This document shows positions 39,129 to 49,647 of a DNA stretch of 64,000 nucleotides, in pieces. The stretch lies in NCBI GenBank assembly GCA_965279035.1, contig OZ257142.1, positions 320,001-384,000 on the forward strand. The letters are read 5' to 3'. The position numbers and the translations under genes are program-made. Below the pieces are notes generated by a model that worked only from the letters and a program-made list of their open reading frames with translations, ran no database searches and was not told the DNA's origin. This DNA comes from Bacteroidia bacterium. GTDB taxonomy: Bacteria; Bacteroidota; Bacteroidia; M30B66. The first letter of the stretch is position 1. Every line of letters starts with the position of its first letter.

Positions 39129-41453
39129 ATGCCTAAAAACCTTGTCATTGTTGAGTCCCCGGCGAAAGCAAAAACAATTGAAGGCTTCCTTGGAGCCGAC
39201 TACATTGTTAAATCTTGCTTTGGGCACATTCGAGATCTGAGCAAATCAGATATTTCTATCGATGTGAATAACAACTATGCTCCTAAATATGAGGTTTCTC
39301 CTGATAAGAAAGAAATCATTAAGGAATTAACAAAGCTGTCTAAAAGTGTTGATACCGTTTGGCTTGCATCGGACGAGGACCGTGAAGGAGAAGCGATATC
39401 ATGGCACCTTTTTGAAGCATTGAACTTAGATGAAGCGAACACGAAGAGAATCGTTTTCCACGAAATAACAAAGCCTGCAATCTTAAAGGCAATTGAAAAA
39501 CCACGAAAAATTGACTATAATTTAGTTAATGCACAACAAGCTCGAAGAATTCTTGATCGCTTAGTTGGTTACGAACTGTCTCCTATTCTTTGGAAAAAAG
39601 TAAAACCGTCTCTTTCTGCTGGACGGGTTCAGTCTGTTGCCGTTCGTCTTTTAGTTGAGCGTGAAAGAGAAGTGAACAGTTTCTTATCTGTATCTGGATT
39701 TCGAGTTGTGGCATTATTGTCTTTCACCCATAAGGGTAAATCATACACTCTAAAAGCAACTCTTCCTCGAAAATTAACAAACGAAAAAGAAGCTCAAGAG
39801 TTTTTAGAAAGCTGCAAAAGCGCGAGTTTCTCTGTCGGAAGTGTAGAAAAGAAACCCGCACGAAGAACTCCTTCTGCACCGTTTACGACATCAACACTTC
39901 AACAAGAAGCGTCTAGAAAACTGGGGTATTCTGTGTCCCAAACAATGGTTCTAGCTCAGAAACTCTATGAGGCTGGAAAAATTACCTACATGAGAACCGA
40001 TTCTGTTAACTTATCCGAAACGGCTCTAAATGCAGCAAAAGACCAAATAAATAGTCAGTTTGGCGAGCGTTATCACAAACAACGTCAGTATACAACTAAA
40101 AGCAAGGGCGCTCAAGAGGCTCACGAAGCAATCCGTCCTACCTATATGGAAAACTCATCCACAGGTGGAGATGCTCAAGAAAAACGCCTTTATGAGCTTA
40201 TTTGGAAAAGAACTCTTGCCTCTCAAATGGCTGATGCTGAACTCGAAAGAACAGTAGTTAAGGTTTCAATATCAACTCAAAAAGAACAATTAGAAGCACA
40301 AGGAGAAATCATTGTTTTTGATGGATTTTTAAAAGTTTACATAGAATCCACAGATGAACTTGCCGAAGAAGAAGATAGCTCTGGATTGCTTCCTCCTGTT
40401 GAAGCTGGATTAAATCTGGCTCTTAACGATATGACGGTTACGGAAAAATTTCCGAATAGCCCTCCTCGTTATACGGAAGCTTCGTTAGTGAAAAAACTGG
40501 AAGAGCTTGGTATCGGAAGACCATCAACCTATGCCCCAACAATTTCTACAATACAAAAACGAAATTACGTTGTTAAAGAAGATCGTGAAGGAACACAAAG
40601 GAACTACACTGTTTTAACTTTGAAGGACAACTCCATTCAAAATGAAATTAGAACAGAGACGACAGGTGCAGAGAAAAATAAATTATTTCCAACAGATATT
40701 GGAACTGTTGTAAATGATTTTCTTATGGAGCATTTTGAGCAAATCATGGATTTCCATTTTACAGCAAAAGTTGAAAAGGAGTTCGATGAAATTGCCGAAG
40801 GAATGCAAGAATGGACAAAGATGATTGATCAGTTTTATCATCCTTTCCATAAAGATGTAGAACGAACATTACTTGAATCTGAAAGAGCCACAGGATCAAG
40901 ATTGTTGGGAGTAGACCCCAAAACCAACAAAAACATTTATGTTAGAATTGGTCGATATGGTGCATTAGCACAAATTGGAGAAAACGATGATGAAGACAAA
41001 AAGTTCTCAAACCTCCGCGCAGGACAACGTTTAGAGTCTATTACTCTTGAGGAATCATTAGAGCTTTTTAAATTACCTAGAAACTTAGGGGAATTTGAAG
41101 GTAAGGACATGACTGTTGGAACAGGCCGATTTGGCCCATATATTCGCCACAATAGTTCTTTTTATTCATTACCGAAAACGGATGATCCGCTATTAGTAGA
41201 TTCCGTTCGGGCTCAAGAAATTATTGAAAATAAACGCAAGGCAGATGCTGAAAAAGTGATTTCTCGTTTTTCGGAAACTGAGCCAGAAATTCAGGTTTTA
41301 AACGGCCGCTTTGGTCCTTATATCGCGAAGGGAAAAGAAAACTTCAAAATACCGAAAGATCGAGATCCCAAAAGCCTTTCACTAGATGATTGTTTGGCAA
41401 TAATCGCAGATGAAGCAAACAAGCCTAAAAAAATTAAACGCGGGAAGAAATAA
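39129..41453 (+). CDS. topA: DNA topoisomerase I
   Basis: LVIVESPAKAKTI, DEDREGE, SAGRVQS, ITYMRTD and GRFGPY C-terminal repeats. Start ATG 39129. Confidence 0.98.
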   Translation: MPKNLVIVESPAKAKTIEGFLGADYIVKSCFGHIRDLSKSDISIDVNNNYAPKYEVSPDKKEIIKELTKLSKSVDTVWLASDEDREGEAISWHLFEALNLDEANTKRIVFHEITKPAILKAIEKPRKIDYNLVNAQQARRILDRLVGYELSPILWKKVKPSLSAGRVQSVAVRLLVEREREVNSFLSVSGFRVVALLSFTHKGKSYTLKATLPRKLTNEKEAQEFLESCKSASFSVGSVEKKPARRTPSAPFTTSTLQQEASRKLGYSVSQTMVLAQKLYEAGKITYMRTDSVNLSETALNAAKDQINSQFGERYHKQRQYTTKSKGAQEAHEAIRPTYMENSSTGGDAQEKRLYELIWKRTLASQMADAELERTVVKVSISTQKEQLEAQGEIIVFDGFLKVYIESTDELAEEEDSSGLLPPVEAGLNLALNDMTVTEKFPNSPPRYTEASLVKKLEELGIGRPSTYAPTISTIQKRNYVVKEDREGTQRNYTVLTLKDNSIQNEIRTETTGAEKNKLFPTDIGTVVNDFLMEHFEQIMDFHFTAKVEKEFDEIAEGMQEWTKMIDQFYHPFHKDVERTLLESERATGSRLLGVDPKTNKNIYVRIGRYGALAQIGENDDEDKKFSNLRAGQRLESITLEESLELFKLPRNLGEFEGKDMTVGTGRFGPYIRHNSSFYSLPKTDDPLLVDSVRAQEIIENKRKADAEKVISRFSETEPEIQVLNGRFGPYIAKGKENFKIPKDRDPKSLSLDDCLAIIADEANKPKKIKRGKK

Positions 41454-41462
41454 TTTCTCATT

Positions 41463-42593
41463 GTGAATCTATTATCTCATCTTGATCTTCAACAAGTAAA
41501 GGAACTCAAAGGCAGAGATTGGCCAATAAGCAGCTTTGGTCGTCATATAGAACCATACACAACAGATTTAATGATTCGGAATGAAGCTCCATCTGTTGTA
41601 TTGCTTTCAATATGTGATCCTGGAGAAGAGCTTTCAATCTTTACTATTCGAGAAAATTTATATTCCTTATTTTATTCTGGTAATCATTTTCTATTTGCTG
41701 ATGCAGGCGTTTTTTTAGGAAATGATGAAGAATTCCAAGAAGCTTTGAGTCGAATTAGAGAATATGGCTCTATTCCACTTGTTCTTTCTCCTGATCAAGC
41801 GAATACTTGTCATTTATATATTTCTTATTGCAATAGAGAACAAACGGTTAATTTACTATCGATAGATGAAAGGCCTGATGTAGGTGATAATATTCTAATT
41901 CCTGGAAATTCAAATTGGCTTTCATTTATATTATCCCATTCTCCTAATTATTTATTTAATTATTCATTAATTGGATTTCAAACTTATTTATCGAATTCAG
42001 AAATGTTGCGGACTTTGCAAGATTTACATTTCGATTTACACCGTTTAGGCCAAATAAGACAAGCAATTTCTTCCACAGAGCCTCTTTTTAGAAATGCCGA
42101 TTTTGTAAGTTTTGATATTAGTTCTGTTCGTGCTTCTGATAGCAATTTTAATATGAATTCGGGGCCTAATGGATTGTATGCTGAAGAAGCCTGTCAACTC
42201 ATGCGATATGCTGGATTAAGCAACAAATTAAGCATGGCAGGCATTTTTGGATGGAATAGTTTTTTAGAAAAGAATAGTTCAACATCTCAATTAATTGCAC
42301 AACTAATTTGGCATTTTTTAGATGGTGTAATAAATAGAAGTTCGGACGGCAGCATTGGCAATGATGACGATTATACCATTTATAAATTAACTGCCGACAC
42401 AATTGGAGAAGAATTAATTTTTTATAAGAATTCCAAAAATGGAAGATGGTGGATGAATGTGCCGTTTAATGACTTTACTAAAGGTCGTTTTAAAAAACAT
42501 CACATCGTTCCTTGCACCTATGAAGATTATATTCAAGCGATGAAAGGTGATATTCCGGATACTTGGTGGCAAACTTATCAGAAGCTAACTTGA
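41463..42593 (+). CDS. arginase/formimidoylglutamase-like protein (degenerate metal site)
   Basis: SFDISSV, PNGL.AEEAC...RYAG and RWW...PC...DY motifs. Confidence 0.75.
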   Translation: MNLLSHLDLQQVKELKGRDWPISSFGRHIEPYTTDLMIRNEAPSVVLLSICDPGEELSIFTIRENLYSLFYSGNHFLFADAGVFLGNDEEFQEALSRIREYGSIPLVLSPDQANTCHLYISYCNREQTVNLLSIDERPDVGDNILIPGNSNWLSFILSHSPNYLFNYSLIGFQTYLSNSEMLRTLQDLHFDLHRLGQIRQAISSTEPLFRNADFVSFDISSVRASDSNFNMNSGPNGLYAEEACQLMRYAGLSNKLSMAGIFGWNSFLEKNSSTSQLIAQLIWHFLDGVINRSSDGSIGNDDDYTIYKLTADTIGEELIFYKNSKNGRWWMNVPFNDFTKGRFKKHHIVPCTYEDYIQAMKGDIPDTWWQTYQKLT

Positions 42594-42737
42594 TTTTTTT
42601 ATCTGAATAACAGCACATTAAGCTATAAATGGCTTTATTTATTAACCGTTTATTCACAAACATTGTTGCACGAGACATTTTTATTTACGTATTTTAGCCT
42701 CTTGAATCCTTCATCAAAAGAAATAACGCAACAGTAG

Positions 42738-43646
42738 ATGAAAATACGCTTAACGATCGCCAGCATTTTTTCCTTGGTTTTATCAGTTAATGCCCAGCAA
42801 GATCCACAGTTTAGCCAAAACATGAATAATCGTATGATGGTGAATGCTGGATATGCTGGAACATCTGGAGCAATCTGCGGTACCGCTATTGGCAGAAGTC
42901 AGTGGTTAGGTTTTGAAGGCGCGCCTAAAACATTTGTTCTTTCAGTTGATATGCCAGTTGAAGCTCTTAAAGGAGGTCTCGGTCTAACCTTGGTTCAAGA
43001 TGCAATCGGCGTTGAAAATAATGTTTACGCGAAACTTGCTTATTCATATCACTTAAAGCTTAAATCAGGAACACTTGGTCTTGGCGTTGACATAGGCATG
43101 ATGAATAAGTCTTTAGGAAAAGGTTTAAATCCTCTTCAGGCGAACGACCCATCCATTCCTACTTCTCAAGTTTCTGCAACCGTTTTTGATGCTGGTCTTG
43201 GTTTGTATTATACTAGCAAAACATTTTATGGTGGAATATCATCTTCTCACCTTCCTCAATCTACATTCGATTTAGGTACTTCTAAGTATCAAGCTCGCCG
43301 TCACTACTACATTACTGCAGGATATCATTACCAACTAAATCCGGATATTGAATTGCGACCATCCATTTTTATTAAAAATGCGGCAACAACACAATTCGAT
43401 ATCAACTGTAACGTTCATTATAAAAACAAGATCTGGGGAGGACTTTCCTACCGATTACAAGATGCTGTTATTGTCATGGTTGGTGCTGATGTATATAAAG
43501 GTGTAAAATTAGGTCTTGCTTATGACATCAACACGTCTAAGCTAAATCCTTACAATAATGGCACTCTAGAGTTCATGCTCAATTACTGCTTCAAAGTAAA
43601 AACAGATAAGCCTCGCCAAATTTACCGCAACGTAAGATATCTGTAA
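42738..43646 (+). CDS. porP: T9SS membrane protein PorP/SprF family
   Basis: AQQDPQFSQ, NAGYAG, RSQW.G.EGAP.T and YD...S.L...GT.E motifs. Confidence 0.92.
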   Translation: MKIRLTIASIFSLVLSVNAQQDPQFSQNMNNRMMVNAGYAGTSGAICGTAIGRSQWLGFEGAPKTFVLSVDMPVEALKGGLGLTLVQDAIGVENNVYAKLAYSYHLKLKSGTLGLGVDIGMMNKSLGKGLNPLQANDPSIPTSQVSATVFDAGLGLYYTSKTFYGGISSSHLPQSTFDLGTSKYQARRHYYITAGYHYQLNPDIELRPSIFIKNAATTQFDINCNVHYKNKIWGGLSYRLQDAVIVMVGADVYKGVKLGLAYDINTSKLNPYNNGTLEFMLNYCFKVKTDKPRQIYRNVRYL

Positions 43647-43754
43647 AAATTGGCTGTAACCACTACGTCTAGACTTCGTTTACATCAAGAATTAAACAGG
43701 CTTAATACGGTTTTCAAAAGAGTGTACGTTTCAACTTCACGAATCCTTCAAGTT

Positions 43755-45077
43755 ATGACCAATCCCCTGAAAAGAGGTGTCATCTTTCCGCTTACGCTAA
43801 TCAACCTGGCGTTATTACTCATCCTGTCGGGATGTGGAAACGATGGCAATGGCTATCTGACCGGAGTACAGGGCCGAAAGAACTGGTTCCAAGAAGATCC
43901 TTATGGTATGGTATACATACCGATGGGATCCTTTAATATGGGACCAAGCGATCAAGATGTTGCTTTTGGAGTTACTTCTCAAAGCAAAACTGTTTCGCTA
44001 CCGGCCTATTACATGGATCAGACAGAAATTACCAATAACGAATACCGTCAATTTGTTAATTGGGTAAGAGATTCTATTGCTCGCCGTATTATTGGTGAGG
44101 AAAATGAAGACTTCCTTGTAACTACAGATGAAAACGGTGTTGATTATCCGAATCCTATCTTGAATTGGGATGAGAAATTCGATTACGATGAAGACGATTA
44201 CAGAGAAGCATTAGAACCAATGTTTCTTCCTGAAAACGAACGTTTTTATGGTCGTAAAGAATTTGATACACGTAAGTTTTTATACGAATACTGGTGGATT
44301 GACTATCAAGCGGCCGCTCGTAGAGGAAACAGAGCCCAAGGCTTAAAAGATCGTTCAGTGTTTATTAAACGTGAAACAATTCCAATTTATCCAGATACAC
44401 TGGCTTGGATTCATGATTTCACATACTCTTACAATGAGCCATTAACCAATATGTATTTTTGGCATCCTGGTTATGACGACTATCCTGTTGTTGGAGTAAA
44501 TTGGAAACAAGCACGTGCATTTTGTGTTTGGAGAACAAATCTTCGTAATGGATACTTATTTACTGGCGGAGAATCATATGAACAAAACTATCGCCTTCCT
44601 ACAGAATCTGAATGGGAATATGCAGCAAGAGGTGGACTAGATTTAAGTCCTTATCCTTGGGGCGGCCCTTATATTCGTAATAGTGTTGGGTGTTTCTTAG
44701 CCAACTTCAAACCTCTTCGAGGCAATTATATTGATGATGGTGGATTAACAACACTTCGTGCAGATTCATACAATCCGAATGCATATGGATTGTACTGTAT
44801 GTCAGGAAACGTAGCTGAGTGGACTTCAAATGCTTACGATGAATCAGCTTACAATTTTTCACACGATAATAGCCCAGACTACACGTATGAAGCTAAAAAC
44901 GATGATCCAATTGCATTGAAAAGAAAAGTTATTCGTGGTGGTTCATGGAAAGATGTTTCCTACTTTTTACAAACAGGAACTCGTACCTATGAATATCAGG
45001 ATACCTCAAAATGCTATATCGGATTCCGTTGCGTTGTATCATATATTGGTCGTGATAAAAACGACGTAGCAGAATAA
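43755..45077 (+). CDS. gldK: gliding motility/T9SS lipoprotein GldK
   Basis: Lipobox LSGC; FGE-sulfatase domain (TEITNNEY, YPVVGVNW, RLPTESEWEYAARGG); precedes gldLMN. Confidence 0.93.
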   Translation: MTNPLKRGVIFPLTLINLALLLILSGCGNDGNGYLTGVQGRKNWFQEDPYGMVYIPMGSFNMGPSDQDVAFGVTSQSKTVSLPAYYMDQTEITNNEYRQFVNWVRDSIARRIIGEENEDFLVTTDENGVDYPNPILNWDEKFDYDEDDYREALEPMFLPENERFYGRKEFDTRKFLYEYWWIDYQAAARRGNRAQGLKDRSVFIKRETIPIYPDTLAWIHDFTYSYNEPLTNMYFWHPGYDDYPVVGVNWKQARAFCVWRTNLRNGYLFTGGESYEQNYRLPTESEWEYAARGGLDLSPYPWGGPYIRNSVGCFLANFKPLRGNYIDDGGLTTLRADSYNPNAYGLYCMSGNVAEWTSNAYDESAYNFSHDNSPDYTYEAKNDDPIALKRKVIRGGSWKDVSYFLQTGTRTYEYQDTSKCYIGFRCVVSYIGRDKNDVAE

Positions 45078-45149
45078 TTTCTTCAATGAACTTTTGCTTT
45101 TTAAGCCTTATAAATCAATCAAATCACACACACTTAACAACAAAAACAA

Positions 45150-45962
45150 ATGGCTAACTTTCTTGCATCAAAAAAAGGGAAACGAGTTATGGGGATGGTC
45201 TATGGGATCGGAGCCGCAATCGTTATCGTTGGAGCCCTTTTTAAAATTCTTCACTGGCCTGGCGCAAATGAAATGCTCATGGTAGGTCTGTTGACTGAAG
45301 CTGCAATCTTTTTCATTTCGGCTTTTGAAAAACCACATGAGGAACCAGATTGGTCTCTCGTTTATCCAGAATTAGCTGGTATGCATGATGATGAACATGG
45401 TTCTCATGGTAACAAAGCTGTAACAGCTGGCAAAGATGCCGTATCTCAGCAGCTTGATAAAATGCTTGAAGAAGCTAAGGTTGGACCTGAACTTATTGAA
45501 AGTCTTGGAAATAGCTTGAAAGCCCTTGGAGATAACACTGCTAAACTTGCGGATATCACCGATGCTTCCGTAGCTACAAACGACTATGTTTCCAATATTA
45601 AGAAAGCATCACAAAGTGTTGAAGGTCTTTCAGAATCTTATATTAAAGCATCAGAGTCTCTTACTGGCTTGTCAATGACAAATGAAGACGGTGCTACATA
45701 TGGTGATCAACTTCAAAAGGTTTCTAAAAACCTGTCTGAGCTGAATTCAGTTTATGAGTTACAATTAAGAGGCGCAGAACAACATACACAGGCAACTTCA
45801 CGTTTCTATGAAGGAATCGAAGCCTTGATGAGTAATCTTCAAGATTCCGTTTCTGATACTAAGAAATACAAAGAAGAAATGTCACAGTTAACAAGCAACC
45901 TGACTTCCCTCAATACAGTCTATGGTAACATGTTGACTGCAATGAACATCAACAATCGTTAA
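45150..45962 (+). CDS. gldL: GldL
   Basis: YGIGAAIVIVGALFKILHW, W.LVYPEL and LN.VYGNML.AM motifs. Confidence 0.96.
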   Translation: MANFLASKKGKRVMGMVYGIGAAIVIVGALFKILHWPGANEMLMVGLLTEAAIFFISAFEKPHEEPDWSLVYPELAGMHDDEHGSHGNKAVTAGKDAVSQQLDKMLEEAKVGPELIESLGNSLKALGDNTAKLADITDASVATNDYVSNIKKASQSVEGLSESYIKASESLTGLSMTNEDGATYGDQLQKVSKNLSELNSVYELQLRGAEQHTQATSRFYEGIEALMSNLQDSVSDTKKYKEEMSQLTSNLTSLNTVYGNMLTAMNINNR

Positions 45963-46005
45963 TTCTTAGGAATTTCTCACACCATAATCCTAAAGCGAAG
46001 AAAAA

Positions 46006-47583
46006 ATGAGTGGAGGTAAGGAAACCCCAAGGCAGAAAATGATCGGGATGATGTACTTGGTATTGACAGCGCTACTTGCGTTGAACGTATCTAAGGAAAT
46101 TCTTGAGGCATTTGTTGTAATGAACGAAGGTTTGGTGAAAACCAATACCAATTTTGAAGCGAATAATTCACTTTTATATGGTGCACTTAAAGACCAACTT
46201 GGTTTAGATGCAGTTCGTGCAAAAGTGCCTTATGAAAACTCGTTAAAAGTTAAAAAATGGTCTGATGAACTTCATAAAGCAATTCATGAAATTCAAGCTG
46301 AATTAATTGCTGCCGAAGACCAAGTTCCAAAAGAGGCTGCTGATACTTTAGCAGAAAACCTAGGTAAGGTTCAGAATAAAGACAAGTACGACAACTGTAC
46401 TCGTATTATGTGCGGAGAATCTGTTGATGGCTCTGGAGGAAAAGCCAGAGAGTTAAAAGACAAGATTATTGCATACAAGAAGAATCTACTTAGTGTATTA
46501 AATCCAGAAATTGCTAAAAAAACTCAATTAGGACTTGATACGAATGATCCTCCAAGAGAAGGAACCGAAGTCGATACTTGGGAAACTAATAAGTTTTATC
46601 ACCTTCCACTGGCTGCTCAAATTTCTGTTTTGACACAAATGCAAACTGAAGTTCGAAATGCAGAAGGTACCGTTCTAAATGAACTGTTCAAGTCTATTGG
46701 TGCGAAAACAATTAAAGTTGACAAATTAGCTGCTCAGATGATTCCGTCTTCAAGCGTTGTTACTTTGGGTGATGAGTTTTCTGCAAAAATCTTTGTTGCT
46801 GCTTTTAATTCATCTATGACACCTGATGTAACTGTTAACGGAAGGGCAATAACAGAAACAGATGAAACAGGTTCAGTTGTTTATAAAAGTCGACCTTCAT
46901 CAGAAGGTCCTCAAAAAATAAAAGCATCGGTTAAATTTATTAATGCCGAAGGAAAAGAAGAGGTTTCTGATGTAGAATATGAGTACATGGCTATTAAACC
47001 TGCCGCTGTTGTTTCCCCAACAAAAATGAATGTGTTTTATATTGGGGTTGATAATCCAGTATCTGTATCTGTACCAGGCTCTGATCCTACTAAAGTTAAT
47101 GCAAATATTGTTGGTGCTCCAGGAACCATGACTAAAGTGAAAGCAGGCGAATACATTGTGAAGGTTTCAAGTGGAACTAAATGTACTATTCCTGTTACTG
47201 TATCGGGTGCTAATAATAAATCCTCTTCAATGGGGGCTCCGGAATTTCGCGTTAAACGTATTCCAGATCCAACACCAATGCTTTTAGGTAAGAAAAGTGG
47301 AGAAGCCCTTTCAATTGGAGAATTAAAAACGGCTGGATACTTATCTGCTGTTTTGGAAGGATTCGATTTCCAAGCAAACTTTACAATTCAATCATTTGAG
47401 TTTGGGGCTAACATTGGAGGTTTTTACAAAACAGCTCAGGTAACTGGTAATCGTTTTGATGCTTCTGTTAACGCACTATTAAATCAAGTAAAACCAGGAG
47501 GTAAAATCTTCTTCTCTGATGTTCGTGCAAAAGGTCCTGATGGAACTATCAGAACGCTAACGGCTCAGTTCAAGGTTAAATAA
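46006..47583 (+). CDS. gldM: GldM
   Basis: PRQKMIGMMYLVLTALLALNVS and MNV.Y.GVDNP motifs. Confidence 0.96.
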   Translation: MSGGKETPRQKMIGMMYLVLTALLALNVSKEILEAFVVMNEGLVKTNTNFEANNSLLYGALKDQLGLDAVRAKVPYENSLKVKKWSDELHKAIHEIQAELIAAEDQVPKEAADTLAENLGKVQNKDKYDNCTRIMCGESVDGSGGKARELKDKIIAYKKNLLSVLNPEIAKKTQLGLDTNDPPREGTEVDTWETNKFYHLPLAAQISVLTQMQTEVRNAEGTVLNELFKSIGAKTIKVDKLAAQMIPSSSVVTLGDEFSAKIFVAAFNSSMTPDVTVNGRAITETDETGSVVYKSRPSSEGPQKIKASVKFINAEGKEEVSDVEYEYMAIKPAAVVSPTKMNVFYIGVDNPVSVSVPGSDPTKVNANIVGAPGTMTKVKAGEYIVKVSSGTKCTIPVTVSGANNKSSSMGAPEFRVKRIPDPTPMLLGKKSGEALSIGELKTAGYLSAVLEGFDFQANFTIQSFEFGANIGGFYKTAQVTGNRFDASVNALLNQVKPGGKIFFSDVRAKGPDGTIRTLTAQFKVK

Positions 47584-47607
47584 TCCCATTTAAAAACCAC
47601 ATCTGTT

Positions 47608-48456
47608 ATGAAACGTATTGGATTTTTTGTGGTAATCATGTTTGCTCTGATAGGTAATTCTATCAATGCACAATCTGTATTAGGTGATGAAAAGGCCTAC
47701 GATGGAGTGTATAAACGCGAACATATTGCTAACCGCAAGCCGATTCCGTATACTCCAATTCGGGAAGCGGATGTCATGTGGAAACGTCGTATTTGGAGAA
47801 TCATTGATCTTCGTGAAAAAATGAATCTTCCACTTTACTACCCTATTTCTAACGATGTTAATGGCTTAAGAAGTTTAACAAACGTATTGTATAAAGCTGT
47901 TACAGAAGAAGTTTCTCTTCGTGTATATAGTGCTGCAACAGATGATTTCTCTGTAGAAATTACTCCGGGTGATGTTAAAAAACTAACGGAAAAGAGTTAC
48001 GAAAAAATGATTCCAAGTTCAATGGATCCAACCATTGATTCACTTGTTGTTATCTCAGAATCTTTTTCCCCTAGCCGTGTTAAAAAACTTCTAGTTAAAG
48101 AAGAGTGGTTCTTTGATCGTCAACGTTCGGTTTTGGATGTTCGTATTCTTGGAATTTCTCCTTTGTATGAACAAGAAGATAAAGAAAAAGGAGATCAGCC
48201 TTTGTTTTGGGTGTATTTCCCTGAAGCTCGTACAATGTTGGCTAAATACGATGTGTTTAATCGTTCCAACCCAACGGAAAGACGTTCTTTTGATGATATC
48301 TTCTGGAAACGCCAGTTTAGTAGCTACATCATAAAAGAAGAGAACGTTTATGATCGTGCTATCAATGAGTACAAAAAGGGGATGGACGCACTTCTTGAAT
48401 CTAATAGAATTAAAGAAGACATTATCATTTGGGAACACGATCTCTGGGAATTTTAA
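47608..48456 (+). CDS. gldN: GldN
   Basis: READVMW.RRIWR.IDL, KEEWFFD and EHDLWEF motifs. Confidence 0.95.
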   Translation: MKRIGFFVVIMFALIGNSINAQSVLGDEKAYDGVYKREHIANRKPIPYTPIREADVMWKRRIWRIIDLREKMNLPLYYPISNDVNGLRSLTNVLYKAVTEEVSLRVYSAATDDFSVEITPGDVKKLTEKSYEKMIPSSMDPTIDSLVVISESFSPSRVKKLLVKEEWFFDRQRSVLDVRILGISPLYEQEDKEKGDQPLFWVYFPEARTMLAKYDVFNRSNPTERRSFDDIFWKRQFSSYIIKEENVYDRAINEYKKGMDALLESNRIKEDIIIWEHDLWEF

Positions 48457-48491
48457 AGATAATTTTCAATTTGTTTAACCTCCACGCTTAC

Positions 48492-48528
48492 ATGAAAAAG
48501 GCTTTCCAGATCGGAAAGCCTTTTTCAT
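48492..48528. terminator. bidirectional intrinsic terminator
   Basis: atgaaaaaggctttcc-agatc-ggaaagcctttttcat, a perfect 16-bp stem between convergent genes. Confidence 0.92.
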
Positions 48529-48547
48529 TTTAACCCAATTTCTTTAA

Positions 48548-49645
48548 TCAAACAAACTCCTCCCCTTTCTCCACTTTTACATTCGTAACCATCTGCCGGA
48601 TTTCTTGTTCATCTTCCTTTTTACAAATCAATAAAATACCATCCGACTCAACAACAATAAAATCTTCAAGTCCTTGTATTACAACTAGTTTTTCTTTCGG
48701 AACACTAATTACACAATTCTTTGTTTCATAGGTCATTACGTGCTTCCCAATTATTGCATTCCCGTTTTTGTCTTTAATTGAATTCTCATACATAGATCCC
48801 CAAGTTCCCAAGTCGGACCATCCAAATTCAGAAGGAATTACAAAAACATTGGGAGCCTTTTCCATTATTCCATAATCAACAGAAATATTGGTGCACTGCC
48901 CATAAGCTCTTTCAATGAAATGGGCTTCTTCGTCCGTAAAATAGATGCTTCTGCCCTCTTTAAATACATTATCGATTTCAGGAAGGTATATTTGGTAAGA
49001 CTTAATTAAAGAGGATGCTGAAGCAATAAAAATTCCTGAATTCCAAAGAAAATCACCACTTGCAAGAAATGATTTTGCCAATTCCAAATTGGGCTTTTCC
49101 GTAAACGTTTTTACTCTTTTTATATCAAGCCCTTCATCCGAATTAGATTCGTTCACAAATTGAATATATCCATATCCGGTATCGGTTCGACTCGGGCGAA
49201 TTCCTAGTGTAATTAATGCATCTTCTTTTAGTGTAAATTCAAATGCTTTTCGAACCTGATCCAAAAAAACGGATTCCTTCAAAATTAAGTGGTCCGAAGG
49301 GGCAATAACAACTTGAGCATCAGGGTCATTAACCGTTATTTTATGAATAGCATAAGCAATACACGGTGCTGTGTTTCTTCGAGAAGGCTCTAATAATATT
49401 TGGTGATCAGAAAGTCCTTCAACTTGAGCTTTTACTAGTCCTACATAGCTTTTATTGGTAACAATATATATGTTTTGCCGAGGAATTAATTGCTCAAACC
49501 GATCAACCGTTTGTTGTAACAAACTTTTTCCTGTCCCTAATATATCTAGAAATTGTTTTGGGTTTTGTTGTCGACTCATTGGCCAAAATCGACTTCCAAT
49601 CCCGCCTGCCATTATGATGCAATACAAATGTGAATTTTCAATCAT
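48548..49645 (-). CDS. manC: mannose-1-phosphate guanylyltransferase
   Basis: IMAGGIGSRFWP.SR...PKQF, NTAPCI, PSDH, FTEKP and WSDLGTW motifs. Confidence 0.95.
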   Translation of the reverse strand: MIENSHLYCIIMAGGIGSRFWPMSRQQNPKQFLDILGTGKSLLQQTVDRFEQLIPRQNIYIVTNKSYVGLVKAQVEGLSDHQILLEPSRRNTAPCIAYAIHKITVNDPDAQVVIAPSDHLILKESVFLDQVRKAFEFTLKEDALITLGIRPSRTDTGYGYIQFVNESNSDEGLDIKRVKTFTEKPNLELAKSFLASGDFLWNSGIFIASASSLIKSYQIYLPEIDNVFKEGRSIYFTDEEAHFIERAYGQCTNISVDYGIMEKAPNVFVIPSEFGWSDLGTWGSMYENSIKDKNGNAIIGKHVMTYETKNCVISVPKEKLVVIQGLEDFIVVESDGILLICKKEDEQEIRQMVTNVKVEKGEEFV

Positions 49646-49647
49646 AC

